Part shown: positions 18,428-27,038 of the stretch, piece by piece
Layout: each line of letters opens with the position of its first letter
How positions within the stretch are numbered: position 1 is the first letter of the stretch
Virus record (IMG/VR): IMGVR_UViG_3300045988_083449
Span: 481-64,480 of that record
Reading direction: 5' to 3' (one strand)
Length of the DNA: 64,000 nucleotides
From: a virus
Program-made: the position numbers and the translations under genes
Notes under the pieces: generated by a model
Databases searched by the model: none
The model's input: the letters and a program-made list of their open reading frames with translations, nothing else
Told to the model about the DNA's origin: nothing

Positions 18428-19635
18428 TACCTGCGTTTGAGACAAGCCTTGGGATAGGTAAACCTGATGCTGTGATGGTTCCCGAGAGTCAGTTGAAGGA
18501 AGTCAACAAGAAAGTTGCTCCCAACGTTAGGTATGCAATGAAGTCGGCCAACATTGCTTCGCTGTATGCGAAGAGAGCAGTAAGACCTGATGAGATCGCG
18601 GCATTAAGACGTGAGATGTTTGAAGTCGTTAGGAGGAATTTGCCGGAAGTAGAACAGGTCATCCTTGGGAATAAGGCTTGGAAATCTTCTCAGGTTCGTT
18701 TGTATGCGTTGCTGACGGAACGTGTAATTCCGAAGATGCAGAGTGTGTCGATAGAAGACAACACGCAGAAGAGAGTGGAGGATTTGTCGATTGAGGAATT
18801 GGAGGCTTTGGCGCTTGGTAAGAAACGAGAGGTTCAGGAACGTCTTAACACGATTGAAATTGAGGCTAAGGAGATTGAAGCATCCGAAAGCAGAGTGGAA
18901 ACCGAAGAGACAAGACGAGAGGTTGTACGAGAACTGGCAAACATTCAAGCTCTTGATGATGCGGAGAAGAAATATATAACTCGACTGGCGATGCAGAAGC
19001 CTGAAGAAGCGGCAAAGCTCGAAGAGAAGAGACGTGACAGACCGCAGACGTATCACACACCTGAGCAGATAGCAAAGATCAGAGAGAAGAACGGTAGAAG
19101 TCTTGAGCAGAGATGGAGAGACAAGGGGTACTCAGAGGAAGAGATCAAGCAGAAGATGGCTGAAGTAGTGGCTAAAAGAGCCGCTACAAGGCGTAAGACG
19201 AAGGAGCTTGAAGATCAGGACATTGGGTATGGATGCGGATTAAGGTCTGCGGAACGAGCGATTACCGAAGACATCAAGGAGTCTCGGAATAAAACGTTTC
19301 GGGAGTTCAGAGTAAATCCGTTAAAAGGAAGACGAAGCAAGAGTGTTGTTCAACGTGAGATTGAAAAGAAACAAGCCGCAGAACAGAGACGTTACGACAG
19401 AGAAGTCAACCCCTTGGTGTTCACGACAGGTAAGGGATTGGGCATTGAAGAGGACATCACTGGGATTCACCTTCAGGAATTAAAACAGCGTTATCCGCAC
19501 ATCTTTGAGGTGAGCGAGGAAGATCAGGAAAGACTCAAACAAATAGACAGAGAGGTTTATGCAAAACGTAAAAACTCAGGTAACACAGCAGGAAGCGGCA
19601 AGATACCTGCTGAAGATCAAGAAAGCGGCTCTTAG
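18394..19635 (+). CDS. highly charged protein; possible small terminase subunit
   Basis: Lies immediately upstream of and overlapping the large terminase gene. It is K/E/R-rich. Assigned by position only. Confidence 0.3.
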   Translation: MEEAVQTEDRLIPAFETSLGIGKPDAVMVPESQLKEVNKKVAPNVRYAMKSANIASLYAKRAVRPDEIAALRREMFEVVRRNLPEVEQVILGNKAWKSSQVRLYALLTERVIPKMQSVSIEDNTQKRVEDLSIEELEALALGKKREVQERLNTIEIEAKEIEASESRVETEETRREVVRELANIQALDDAEKKYITRLAMQKPEEAAKLEEKRRDRPQTYHTPEQIAKIREKNGRSLEQRWRDKGYSEEEIKQKMAEVVAKRAATRRKTKELEDQDIGYGCGLRSAERAITEDIKESRNKTFREFRVNPLKGRRSKSVVQREIEKKQAAEQRRYDREVNPLVFTTGKGLGIEEDITGIHLQELKQRYPHIFEVSEEDQERLKQIDREVYAKRKNSGNTAGSGKIPAEDQESGS

Positions 19636-21274
19636 TTATCCGAATTTTATGGACTACAACTATCCTGATTTTGTCCGAGCGGACTTTCAGGAAGAGTTGG
19701 TTAAGACGTTGGACTTGTTAGAGAAGGATGAGTTGATCAACAGTCACGGAGTTCCGATTCGTAAGCTCTTGATCACAATGCCTCCTCGTCATGCGAAGTC
19801 TTTCTATGGGACGATTAACTTTCCTGCTTACTGCATGATGCGAGACCCGACACGAGAGATCATGGTAGCTGGGTATAACTCGGAGTTGGCTGCTACCTTC
19901 GGCAGACAGACACGTGAGATCGTAACGAATCCTGCGAACTTGAAGTCGTTTCCTAAGTTCAAACTCAGCCAGGAAAGTCGAGCTGTGGACTTTTGGAAGA
20001 CGGTAGAAGGCGGAGCTTACTATGCAGTGGGTATGGGTGGTACAACAACAGGCCGTGGTGCAAATATCCTGATCGTTGACGACCCGTATAAGACACGGGA
20101 AGAGGCCGATAGTACCGTCAAGAGAAACAAGATTTGGGACTTCTACACAGCGTCATTACTTACTCGTATGCAACCGCATAGAAACGGTAAACCGCCGATT
20201 CTTATTGTTACGCATACACGTTGGAATCCTGATGACATCGGTGCTCGAATCATGGAGTCCGACGAGTTCAAACGTGGGGAATGGTTTCATCTGAATTATC
20301 CGGCTATTCGGACGATTGAATCCGGAGTTGAAATCAAACGGAGTGACCTTCCTAAGGATGACCCGAGGTATATTCCTGCACGTATTATCGTTAACGGGAA
20401 GTACGTAAACATCACAAGCTCGTACATGAACAAGTCTAACAAGTACGTAAGCTGTGAAAGGGAAGTTGCCCTTTGGCCTGAACGTTTTCCGCTGAAGGAA
20501 CTCAAGAAAATTCGAGAACGAATCGGAGACCGAGAGTTTGAAGCTCTGTATCAGCAGAATCCTTACGTCTTAGGCGGCAACATTATCAAGATCAGTTGGT
20601 TTAAAAGATATACACCTGAGACTTGTCCGACGGAATTTCATGCGATTGTGATTGGTTTGGATACTGCGTTTAAGACCAAGAGCTGGAACGACTTCTCAGT
20701 GATTACGGTAGCTGGGATTACAGAGTTGGGAGACATCTACATCCTGAAGGTTTACCGAGAGAAGCTGGAATATCCCGACCTTAAACGTAAGCTCGTGAAC
20801 ATCAACTCCGTATGGAGAGGAAGAGGGCTTAGAGGCTGGTATGTTGAAGACGCTGCTTCGGGTCAGTCACTGATTCAGGATATGAGACACGGAAGTTCGT
20901 TGACGATTCTTCCGTGGAAACCTGGCACAAACGATAAGACCAATCGTTGTACCTCGATTACTCCGATCATTGAAGGCGGACGAGTGTTTATTCCTGAAGA
21001 GGCTGATTGGTTAGACGATTGGGAAGTTGAGCTGAGTCAGTTTCCTTCCGGCAAACATGATGACCAAGTGGACTCATTGGTAATCGTGATTGATGTTGCT
21101 TCTAAGATGGTTGTAACGGGAGAGAAGTTCTTTAATGAATCCATTGGGAACTACATTGTCTCTCCCGACTTCAAAGGTGACCTAATGTTTGGAAACGACC
21201 TGCACGAAGACAAGTACGGTTGGCAGGGCTCGTTCGGTCAGTCGTTAGGTGAGTTTGCTAGTTGGGGTGAATGA
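19559..21274 (+). CDS. terL: terminase large subunit
   Basis: ATPase motifs MPPRHAKS (Walker-A-like) and ILIVDDPYK (Walker B). The C-terminal nuclease shows GLDTAF...HDDQVDSL. An alternative start is the Met at 19649. Confidence 0.8.
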   Translation: MQNVKTQVTQQEAARYLLKIKKAALSYPNFMDYNYPDFVRADFQEELVKTLDLLEKDELINSHGVPIRKLLITMPPRHAKSFYGTINFPAYCMMRDPTREIMVAGYNSELAATFGRQTREIVTNPANLKSFPKFKLSQESRAVDFWKTVEGGAYYAVGMGGTTTGRGANILIVDDPYKTREEADSTVKRNKIWDFYTASLLTRMQPHRNGKPPILIVTHTRWNPDDIGARIMESDEFKRGEWFHLNYPAIRTIESGVEIKRSDLPKDDPRYIPARIIVNGKYVNITSSYMNKSNKYVSCEREVALWPERFPLKELKKIRERIGDREFEALYQQNPYVLGGNIIKISWFKRYTPETCPTEFHAIVIGLDTAFKTKSWNDFSVITVAGITELGDIYILKVYREKLEYPDLKRKLVNINSVWRGRGLRGWYVEDAASGQSLIQDMRHGSSLTILPWKPGTNDKTNRCTSITPIIEGGRVFIPEEADWLDDWEVELSQFPSGKHDDQVDSLVIVIDVASKMVVTGEKFFNESIGNYIVSPDFKGDLMFGNDLHEDKYGWQGSFGQSLGEFASWGE

Positions 21275-21277
21275 AAA

Positions 21278-21823
21278 TTACATTTGACTGCTAATTCTAT
21301 TGACCTCTCTTTCTTTCATCATCCTTGTCACCACAAGGCTGGTGTACTCGATATAAAAATCACCAAAACTATCACGTGCATCAATTATTAAATTAGGAAA
21401 TTTCCATATCCAAACGGAAATACGTGGGATATGCTTAACGGAAGAAGGTTTTCCGTATCGGTTTTCCAGTGCCTCTAGGTAATTCGGTATAGGACTCTCA
21501 TTGGCTAATTTCCTATCACCATCGAACAATAATGAGAAACAGATGGAAAAGACTTTGCCAGTCTTTTTATCGAAAGAATATCTAGTCCGGTATTCTCCTG
21601 GAAGATCGAAACAGCCTTCTAGTGAATAAGACTCGTCTTCGTTTTTTTCTAATCGACACTTCTTTTCATGTGCAATTTTCTTTACATCGTCTATCGTATC
21701 TTTTCCCAATTCGATTCCGAGTATTTTAAAAGTTTCTTGACTACTTAAATCTCTTTGGTTGTCAGCGCTTTGGGCGCCAACCGCTGAGAAAAAGAGTAAT
21801 AACATGACTACCAATTTTTTCAT
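21278..21823 (-). CDS. secreted protein (moron)
   Basis: Signal peptide MKKLVVMLLLFFSAVGAQS. AT-rich and convergent with terL. Confidence 0.5.
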   Translation of the reverse strand: MKKLVVMLLLFFSAVGAQSADNQRDLSSQETFKILGIELGKDTIDDVKKIAHEKKCRLEKNEDESYSLEGCFDLPGEYRTRYSFDKKTGKVFSICFSLLFDGDRKLANESPIPNYLEALENRYGKPSSVKHIPRISVWIWKFPNLIIDARDSFGDFYIEYTSLVVTRMMKEREVNRISSQM

Positions 21824-21849
21824 TTAGCTTATCCACCTGTTTGAAAGTT

Positions 21850-22185
21850 TTAATTTTTTAATAATGCCAAGAACTCCTTGAAACTGATTGGCTCTCCGTC
21901 GGAGTTGCGAATACTTTTGGCCTCTGATAAATATTCAATTAACTTATCAGGAAGGAAACCGTCTCTGATTTTGATCGAATAAGTAGGATGTTGCGAATCA
22001 TAGAGAAGTGTGCTTCTTTCTATAGAAAAGTCATTATTGTCTTTCTTAAAAATACTTTTCAGACAAACAGGACGAGCCTGTAGTTTTAGTTCACTTTCAT
22101 CAATTAGAGAATCTAAAAAAGAAGAATCTTCAAGCTCAAGAAGGAAAGGTTTTTGAGACTTGGAATAGGTAATTACTTGTATCAT
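21850..22185 (-). CDS. hypothetical protein
   Basis: ATG at 22185 (MIQVITY) follows AAGGA. The track start at 22221 is TTG. Confidence 0.4.
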   Translation of the reverse strand: MIQVITYSKSQKPFLLELEDSSFLDSLIDESELKLQARPVCLKSIFKKDNNDFSIERSTLLYDSQHPTYSIKIRDGFLPDKLIEYLSEAKSIRNSDGEPISFKEFLALLKN

Positions 22186-22252
22186 TTTTTTCCTTAGGAT
22201 GGATATGAAATTCTTTAGCAAGATGATCTAACAGTCTATTTTCTTTGTCAAT

Positions 22253-22279
22253 AAAAAAAGACCCCCATGCAGGGAGTCT
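22253..22279 (-). terminator. intrinsic terminator
   Basis: AGAC(C)CCC-ATGCA-GGG(A)GTCT hairpin followed by 7 U on the minus strand. Confidence 0.55.
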
Positions 22280-22302
22280 ATACATTGACGAAGAAATAGG
22301 TT

Positions 22303-22635
22303 CTACTGATTCATTCGTCGCTCAACCACTTCCATAATGGCGTAATTAGCTAAGTCGAGGAGGGTTTCTTCGATAGGTTCGTCTACCCTAGCAAGATCAA
22401 AATCTAAAGAAAGTGTTTTTAACCTTTCAAGTTTGTCAGATAAGCGAACTAAGATTGCACAAGGAAACTCTTGCCTTACCTTGTGAAAAGAGTTCCCGTA
22501 ATCGTGATTCTTGTCAATAAAAGTTCTATGAAGTTCTTCAAGGACTTCCTTGTGAACGTCATACATAGTAACCTGATTAGGGTCGGTCTTAATCATTTCA
22601 GGTGGAATTTCGGGAAAGACTCTATCTTGATTCAT
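22303..22635 (-). CDS. DUF1599-like protein (nucleotide-modification-associated domain)
   Basis: FIDKNHDYGNSFHKV...ILVRLSDKLERLKTL matches the remembered DUF1599 pattern KN.DYG...vRl.DKl.Rl. The start is taken at the internal Met (MNQDRV). Confidence 0.5.
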   Translation of the reverse strand: MNQDRVFPEIPPEMIKTDPNQVTMYDVHKEVLEELHRTFIDKNHDYGNSFHKVRQEFPCAILVRLSDKLERLKTLSLDFDLARVDEPIEETLLDLANYAIMEVVERRMNQ

Positions 22636-23101
22636 TGATTTTCTCCTTGAGTTCTGAGATCGGATGTAATGCTTCCTGCGGTACAAACCATGCAGGTCTG
22701 AGTTCGTTGGGATTGTCGAGGTAGGCATCGGTCTTTGCGTCCTTACCTCTAATCCACCCAATGATTTCAAAGGACGGAGCTTTGCCTACAACAAGAATGA
22801 AGATGTCGTCATCGTGATCATTGTCACGGACAATCAGACGACCGTTTGTGTGACGAGAACTCCTGACCTGAAACTGTCCAAGGTCAGGTGCCTTAAAAGT
22901 ATCGACACCGCCTTCCCAGTAAAGGCCAAGAGCTTTAGCGACAGCCATCTCTCCAAAGGCTCCGCAAATGTCGATACCCCATTTTTCATATTCTGTGAGC
23001 TTGATGATGTTCTTGAGTTTCTGCTTGATCGAAGAGATTCTGCGCATCACTCCGACATTAGCAGCCATCGTCATTTCAGCATCAGATAAAACAATTTCCA
23101 T
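22622..23101 (-). CDS. hypothetical; possible PD-(D/E)XK-fold protein
   Basis: GEMAVAKALG...APDLGQFQVRSS...IFILVVG resembles a nuclease-fold arrangement. This is weak. Confidence 0.25.
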   Translation of the reverse strand: MEIVLSDAEMTMAANVGVMRRISSIKQKLKNIIKLTEYEKWGIDICGAFGEMAVAKALGLYWEGGVDTFKAPDLGQFQVRSSRHTNGRLIVRDNDHDDDIFILVVGKAPSFEIIGWIRGKDAKTDAYLDNPNELRPAWFVPQEALHPISELKEKINESR

Positions 23102-23391
23102 TACCTGACACCTTCGTTTAGAAACTTCTTAGGCGGACGATTTAAGTTGTCATCTCTGTCCATGTAGTAAGAGTCAGGGTCAACATCATCGGGGTAGGCT
23201 AGTTCAGCCCAGTAGAGCACGTTAGGTACATTAAAGTCGCCTGTCTCCATAGAGAAGTGAGCGACGGATTGGTTGACAAAAATCTTATCACTGCTTGTTG
23301 TTCCGGCAAGAACAACAGTCAAGTAGGAACCACCTTGTGTAGGTTCTTCTTCGGCATAGTCGTGCCATACCAACTCTTTCTTATTATCCAT
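23101..23391 (-). CDS. hypothetical protein
   Basis: 96-aa ORF with an ATGA-type junction to its neighbour. Confidence 0.45.
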   Translation of the reverse strand: MDNKKELVWHDYAEEEPTQGGSYLTVVLAGTTSSDKIFVNQSVAHFSMETGDFNVPNVLYWAELAYPDDVDPDSYYMDRDDNLNRPPKKFLNEGVR

Positions 23392-23400
23392 TTACATCTC

Positions 23401-23832
23401 CTATAGGATTTTGATCTCTTCGTTGGTTTCGTTTTCCATGTAACGATTACGGTAGTGACCTGAATCGAAACGCTTGGTTTCTCCGTCATCCAACGGATTG
23501 ATCGAAGGTGTTCTTGCAAGTTGGGATGGGAGGGTCACTCCTAGGAGGTAATTGATTCGTCGTGCATGAGCACTCTGCCGAGTCTTTACCATTGCGTAAC
23601 ACTTGTTGCGTCGAGCGTACAACGTGAAGTAATCCTGATTATCGACGCTGAATCGGAATACTTTTTTATCCTTTTCTAATCTGCTTAATGCTTCCCATAC
23701 AGGCTTTAGCGGGTTTTGTTTCTCCTTGCCGATTTGAGTTTCTTCCTGAATCTCTCTTACGGTCTTTGCTTCCAAATTTTGCTTACTCAAGAAACTTAGG
23801 ATTTTGTCTTGGTTTGTTTCTTGAGAATCCAT
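23401..23832 (-). CDS. hypothetical; possible winged-helix DNA-binding protein
   Basis: ILSFLSKQNLEAKTVREIQEETQIGKE...ALSRLEKDKKV resembles a wHTH motif. This is weak. Confidence 0.3.
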   Translation of the reverse strand: MDSQETNQDKILSFLSKQNLEAKTVREIQEETQIGKEKQNPLKPVWEALSRLEKDKKVFRFSVDNQDYFTLYARRNKCYAMVKTRQSAHARRINYLLGVTLPSQLARTPSINPLDDGETKRFDSGHYRNRYMENETNEEIKIL

Positions 23833-23838
23833 AAATGT

Positions 23839-24024
23839 TTACGTTGCTAACTGTTCAACAACAACTCCTACTAATACGATTAAAAGACCAACTGCTAAGT
23901 AACCGTAAACAAACTTGGTTGATTTAGTTCTCAGCATTTCCGATATATCTTTAAACTGATTGAACAAGTACGGTAGGAACATGATTGTTCCGACGTTTAT
24001 GAGAATATTTCCGATCTCTTTCAT
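23839..24024 (-). CDS. small membrane protein
   Basis: 61 aa with two hydrophobic helices. Confidence 0.45.
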   Translation of the reverse strand: MKEIGNILINVGTIMFLPYLFNQFKDISEMLRTKSTKFVYGYLAVGLLIVLVGVVVEQLAT

Positions 24025-24371
24025 TACAGAAAGTCTTTGTGCAGGTTAAGTTCACAGGCGAGACCTTCTTTTTCAAACTGCTGAAGGTACATCGGCGCAT
24101 CAATCTTTGCCCAGTCTGTGATGTGAGCATCCATAGACGGGAAATCAAACAACTGCGTTTCCGCATCCCAATAGGCTAGGCGGATTGAGTAATGTCGGAT
24201 TTTCTTACTGTCCTCGGGATGACGTTTGCGTCTTCCTTCGTTACAGGCGACGAGATACTGCCCTGATTCGTCAGGTAATACGAGTTGATAGTCTTTCCAA
24301 TCAAGCACTTTTCTTCTCCTCTTCAATGCGTATGAGTTGACGTTTAATTTTTTCTGCCATGTATCCGTCAA
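24024..24371 (-). CDS. hypothetical protein; start uncertain
   Basis: The track ATG overlaps the upstream gene by 71 nt. A GTG at 24308 is an alternative start. Confidence 0.4.
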   Translation of the reverse strand: MTDTWQKKLNVNSYALKRRRKVLDWKDYQLVLPDESGQYLVACNEGRRKRHPEDSKKIRHYSIRLAYWDAETQLFDFPSMDAHITDWAKIDAPMYLQQFEKEGLACELNLHKDFL

Positions 24372-24657
24372 GCAGAATTTTTATTTTGGTGTTGTCAGGT
24401 TGATTTATTAGGTATTCAATCTGCTTCGCTAAGATCAACACGTCCGCCAACTCCTTCATGTTGGCGATACAGGCTGACTTCTTTTTCCGACCATAATATT
24501 TTTTGGCTTTGCGGCTGGATTCAAGGTGGCTGTAGCCGAGGAACTTAAAGAAGGATGCTGAATACTCCGAACATTCTTCAGCTAATTTGACCGTTTGGTT
24601 ATTGATGCCGTAGTGGTCGGCAATGATTTTTATTCCACGTTTACATTCAGGAAGCAT
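24301..24657 (-). CDS. MazG-like nucleotide pyrophosphohydrolase fold (tentative)
   Basis: KLAEECSEY...ELADVLILAKQIEYL resembles the paired E-rich helices of MazG-type proteins. Confidence 0.35.
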   Translation of the reverse strand: MLPECKRGIKIIADHYGINNQTVKLAEECSEYSASFFKFLGYSHLESSRKAKKYYGRKKKSACIANMKELADVLILAKQIEYLINQPDNTKIKILLDGYMAEKIKRQLIRIEEEKKSA

Positions 24658-25073
24658 TACTTACCCTTAGTCGCTTTCTTGACTTCTACTTCAAGTTGAT
24701 TCTTGATGTATTCCTCTGCCCAACGTAAGGCTCCCTGAGAGATGTTCTGTACCTGCGTGTTGTTGGTAATAGCAGGAAGTACAATCATGGCGGCTACCGT
24801 GCTACGTGAAGGGAGGAACAATGAGCCGAGAAAGGCGACAAACACAATTGGGCCTAGCACTCTATTTAGCCTATTGGTTACATATCGAAACCTTCTATAT
24901 TCCCTAATCACGCAATCACTGTAATCATTATTAGAAACATTAATGTATCCGAGAGTTTTGAAAACATTAGTAAGGAGTAAGACAACACCTCCAAAGAAGA
25001 CAATAAGTCCACACGCTTTATCAATTGAATTAAGTTGCCCAATGAAGTAAATGAGAAGAGGTGAGAGTTCCAT
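24657..25073 (-). CDS. membrane protein
   Basis: 138 aa with 3-4 hydrophobic segments. Confidence 0.5.
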   Translation of the reverse strand: MELSPLLIYFIGQLNSIDKACGLIVFFGGVVLLLTNVFKTLGYINVSNNDYSDCVIREYRRFRYVTNRLNRVLGPIVFVAFLGSLFLPSRSTVAAMIVLPAITNNTQVQNISQGALRWAEEYIKNQLEVEVKKATKGK

Positions 25074-25252
25074 TATTTATCCTTCGACTCAATGCGGTTA
25101 ACCTTGGTGACAAACATAAAGGAGCTGGATGGGGTTTCGTCCTTAGTTGAGGGATTTTTGTCTTCCTGAGACTTAGAATCCTTTCTCTTCATTTCTCGGA
25201 CGAGAATATCCTGTTCAGCAAAATTTCTTATTACATCGTTACGGTAGTTCAT
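25073..25252 (-). CDS. small hypothetical protein (59 aa), just below the track cutoff
   Basis: My translation is MNYRNDVIRNFAEQDILVREMKRKDSKSQ... It has an ATGA overlap upstream and a TAATG overlap downstream. Confidence 0.35.
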   Translation of the reverse strand: MNYRNDVIRNFAEQDILVREMKRKDSKSQEDKNPSTKDETPSSSFMFVTKVNRIESKDK

Positions 25253-25485
25253 TCTTCATCCTCGTCATGAAGTCCTACTTCTTCGGCAAGTTCGTCCACT
25301 TCTTCTATAAAATCCCAAAAGAGTTCAAGGACTTCTCCTTCTGCTTTAGCTTCTGCTTCCGAGATTTCGTTAATCTCCTTAAGATCGGATAGGTCTTTTT
25401 CCCACCTGTCTGCAAGTTGCTTGAGTTTCGACCAATACCCGTCTAAACGTTTCTTGTGATCGCATTGAATTACTTTCACCGTCAT
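25249..25485 (-). CDS. hypothetical acidic protein
   Basis: 78-aa ORF. Confidence 0.45.
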   Translation of the reverse strand: MTVKVIQCDHKKRLDGYWSKLKQLADRWEKDLSDLKEINEISEAEAKAEGEVLELFWDFIEEVDELAEEVGLHDEDEE

Positions 25486-25703
25486 ATCTGTTCTTCCTTT
25501 GCTTTTTTAATTGCGTACGAAAGGTTGTCCATTAGTTCAAAAAGTGCATCAGTTGGGAAGGGAGGCGAACGCCGTTCAGGAGGAGTAAAAGCCTTTCTCC
25601 TTACTGATAGACGGTCAACAATTTTCAGTAGACACCGTAAAAGGTTTAGACAGGCTTCTGCGTCTTCAATCGCTAGTTCAACTTTCTTCATTCTTATTTC
25701 CAA
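25482..25703 (-). CDS. hypothetical protein
   Basis: 73-aa ORF with a 4-nt overlap with its neighbour. Confidence 0.45.
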   Translation of the reverse strand: MEIRMKKVELAIEDAEACLNLLRCLLKIVDRLSVRRKAFTPPERRSPPFPTDALFELMDNLSYAIKKAKEEQI

Positions 25704-26173
25704 TGACCGTGATACCAGCGCTTAAAGATGCTTCCGCACCATTCCCAAAAAGCTAATCCAGCGGCAATGGGAAGAGGAGCCCAAATAGCCCATTCCTTAG
25801 GTACAAGGTGTGCGATTGTGTAGAGGGATGCTCCTAACAGCGTGAAGATAAGAACGACTTTGATGGTAAGGAAAAAGTAATCCCAAAAGACTTTGGTCAT
25901 GTTCGCTCTGATTTTTTCCATCAGGTCGATCTTCTCTTGGGCTTTGTTTTCTTGGCTGACCAGTTCGGCGATTCTTTCGTTGATCTTATCCTCGAAAGCA
26001 ATCTCTATGTCACTAGCCATACGGACACCATCAGGTCTGCTTTCGACAATCCTTTCAAAGTAAGGAAGCAGTGTGTTGCAATAACGTTTGTCGTAAGAAT
26101 CAATGTCAGGGTTATGTGCAATGTTCTTTAACTTCTGAGCTAGAAATTGACAATCAAAGTAACTGAGTTTCAT
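25694..26173 (-). CDS. membrane protein
   Basis: 159 aa with C-terminal hydrophobic helices. Confidence 0.45.
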   Translation of the reverse strand: MKLSYFDCQFLAQKLKNIAHNPDIDSYDKRYCNTLLPYFERIVESRPDGVRMASDIEIAFEDKINERIAELVSQENKAQEKIDLMEKIRANMTKVFWDYFFLTIKVVLIFTLLGASLYTIAHLVPKEWAIWAPLPIAAGLAFWEWCGSIFKRWYHGHWK

Positions 26174-26574
26174 TTTTTATTTCCTGTGTAAGGTTCCGGT
26201 AAAGCTCTGAAAGCCACTGCTTCGGGGTAATAAGAAGGCGTGTTTTCCCACCATTTGTCACAACCTTCAGGGCCATAAGTTGCATGAAAATCTCTGATAG
26301 ATAAGTCTCCGTACTTGTCCTGTACAAGCCATTCCCCTTCATTAGGAGGAGTGATTTGAGGGTAAGGATTCCAACCATTAGGGTTGTAAGTCAATTCAAA
26401 CTCGTTCTTGAAAATATCGAATACGACTGAACCAGCCGTAGGAGAAAGACCTTTACGAAGGGTTATTACTGATTCTATGGTGCACATTTGCTGACAGCAT
26501 TCACTGTCAATCTCTTCATCGGTGAACCATGTGTTGAGCTTCTGTTTTAGCTTTATATCTTTCAGTGTCCACAT
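26170..26574 (-). CDS. hypothetical protein
   Basis: 134-aa ORF; first gene after the tRNA cluster on the minus strand. Confidence 0.45.
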   Translation of the reverse strand: MWTLKDIKLKQKLNTWFTDEEIDSECCQQMCTIESVITLRKGLSPTAGSVVFDIFKNEFELTYNPNGWNPYPQITPPNEGEWLVQDKYGDLSIRDFHATYGPEGCDKWWENTPSYYPEAVAFRALPEPYTGNKK

Positions 26575-26588
26575 TGTGAATCCTTGGG

Positions 26589-26681
26589 TGCAGAGGGAGA
26601 GATTTGAACTCTCAATGCCGATCTGATCGTGCTTCGATTCACGCCATGTCGTCGGTGTTTCGCCTTCCTAACAGCCTCTGC
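26589..26681 (-). tRNA. tRNA-like gene with aberrant, extended anticodon arm (possible pseudo-tRNA or decoy)
   Basis: Acceptor stem GCAGAGG/CCTCTGC (7 bp), D arm GTT...AAC with a GG-containing loop, and T arm GAGAG-TTCAAAT-CTCTC are all canonical. Between D and T arms lies a 38-nt CCGA...TCGG arm with no Y-U-NNN-R loop. Confidence 0.5.
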
Positions 26682-26698
26682 ATTTAATCGTTACATGA

Positions 26699-26770
26699 TT
26701 CGGAGGGTGGGACTCGAACCCACGACACACCCTTATTAAAGGCCGCTCTTGCCGACTGAGCTACCTCCGA
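26699..26770 (-). tRNA. tRNA with shortened anticodon arm; anticodon unclear (AAU if the loop is UUAAUAA)
   Basis: Acceptor TCGGAGG/CCTCCGA, D arm GCTC-AGTCGGCAA-GAGC and T arm GTGGG-TTCGAGT-CCCAC are canonical. The anticodon arm GCCTTTAATAAGGGT forms either 5 bp with a 5-nt loop or 4 bp with a 7-nt loop. Total length is 72 nt. Confidence 0.6.
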
Positions 26771-26775
26771 CCGTT

Positions 26776-26955
26776 CGTATTTCCTTCAACAAAATGGCGC
26801 CTGTTGCCGGTCATACAGGACTGTCAGAGGCCAACCGACAGACCTTACACAGATGTTCGCTACACACCTGCACACCACCTCAAAAACCTACACGGACTCC
26901 GAGACACAAGCCTTGCGAGACCTATATGTCTCGGATAGTGCAGGTCAACTCCTAG
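26776..26955 (-). other. 180-nt structured spacer inside the tRNA cluster
   Basis: There is no T-loop. A long-range 8-bp helix ACCUGCAC/GUGCAGGU is present. UCCGAGAC can pair with either of two GUCUCG(GA) copies. Confidence 0.4.
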
Positions 26956-27030
26956 TGGAGCGGGTAGAGAGACTCGAACTCTCGTCAACGGCTTGGAAGG
27001 CCGTTGTTCTACCAGTTGAACCATACCCGC
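26956..27030 (-). tRNA. tRNA-Gly (UCC), CCA encoded
   Basis: Full cloverleaf read by hand: GCGGGTA / GTTC-AACTGGTA-GAAC / ACGGC-CTTCCAA-GCCGT / GAGAG-TTCGAGT-CTCTC / TACCCGC-T-CCA. Confidence 0.9.
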
Positions 27031-27038
27031 AACAACCT

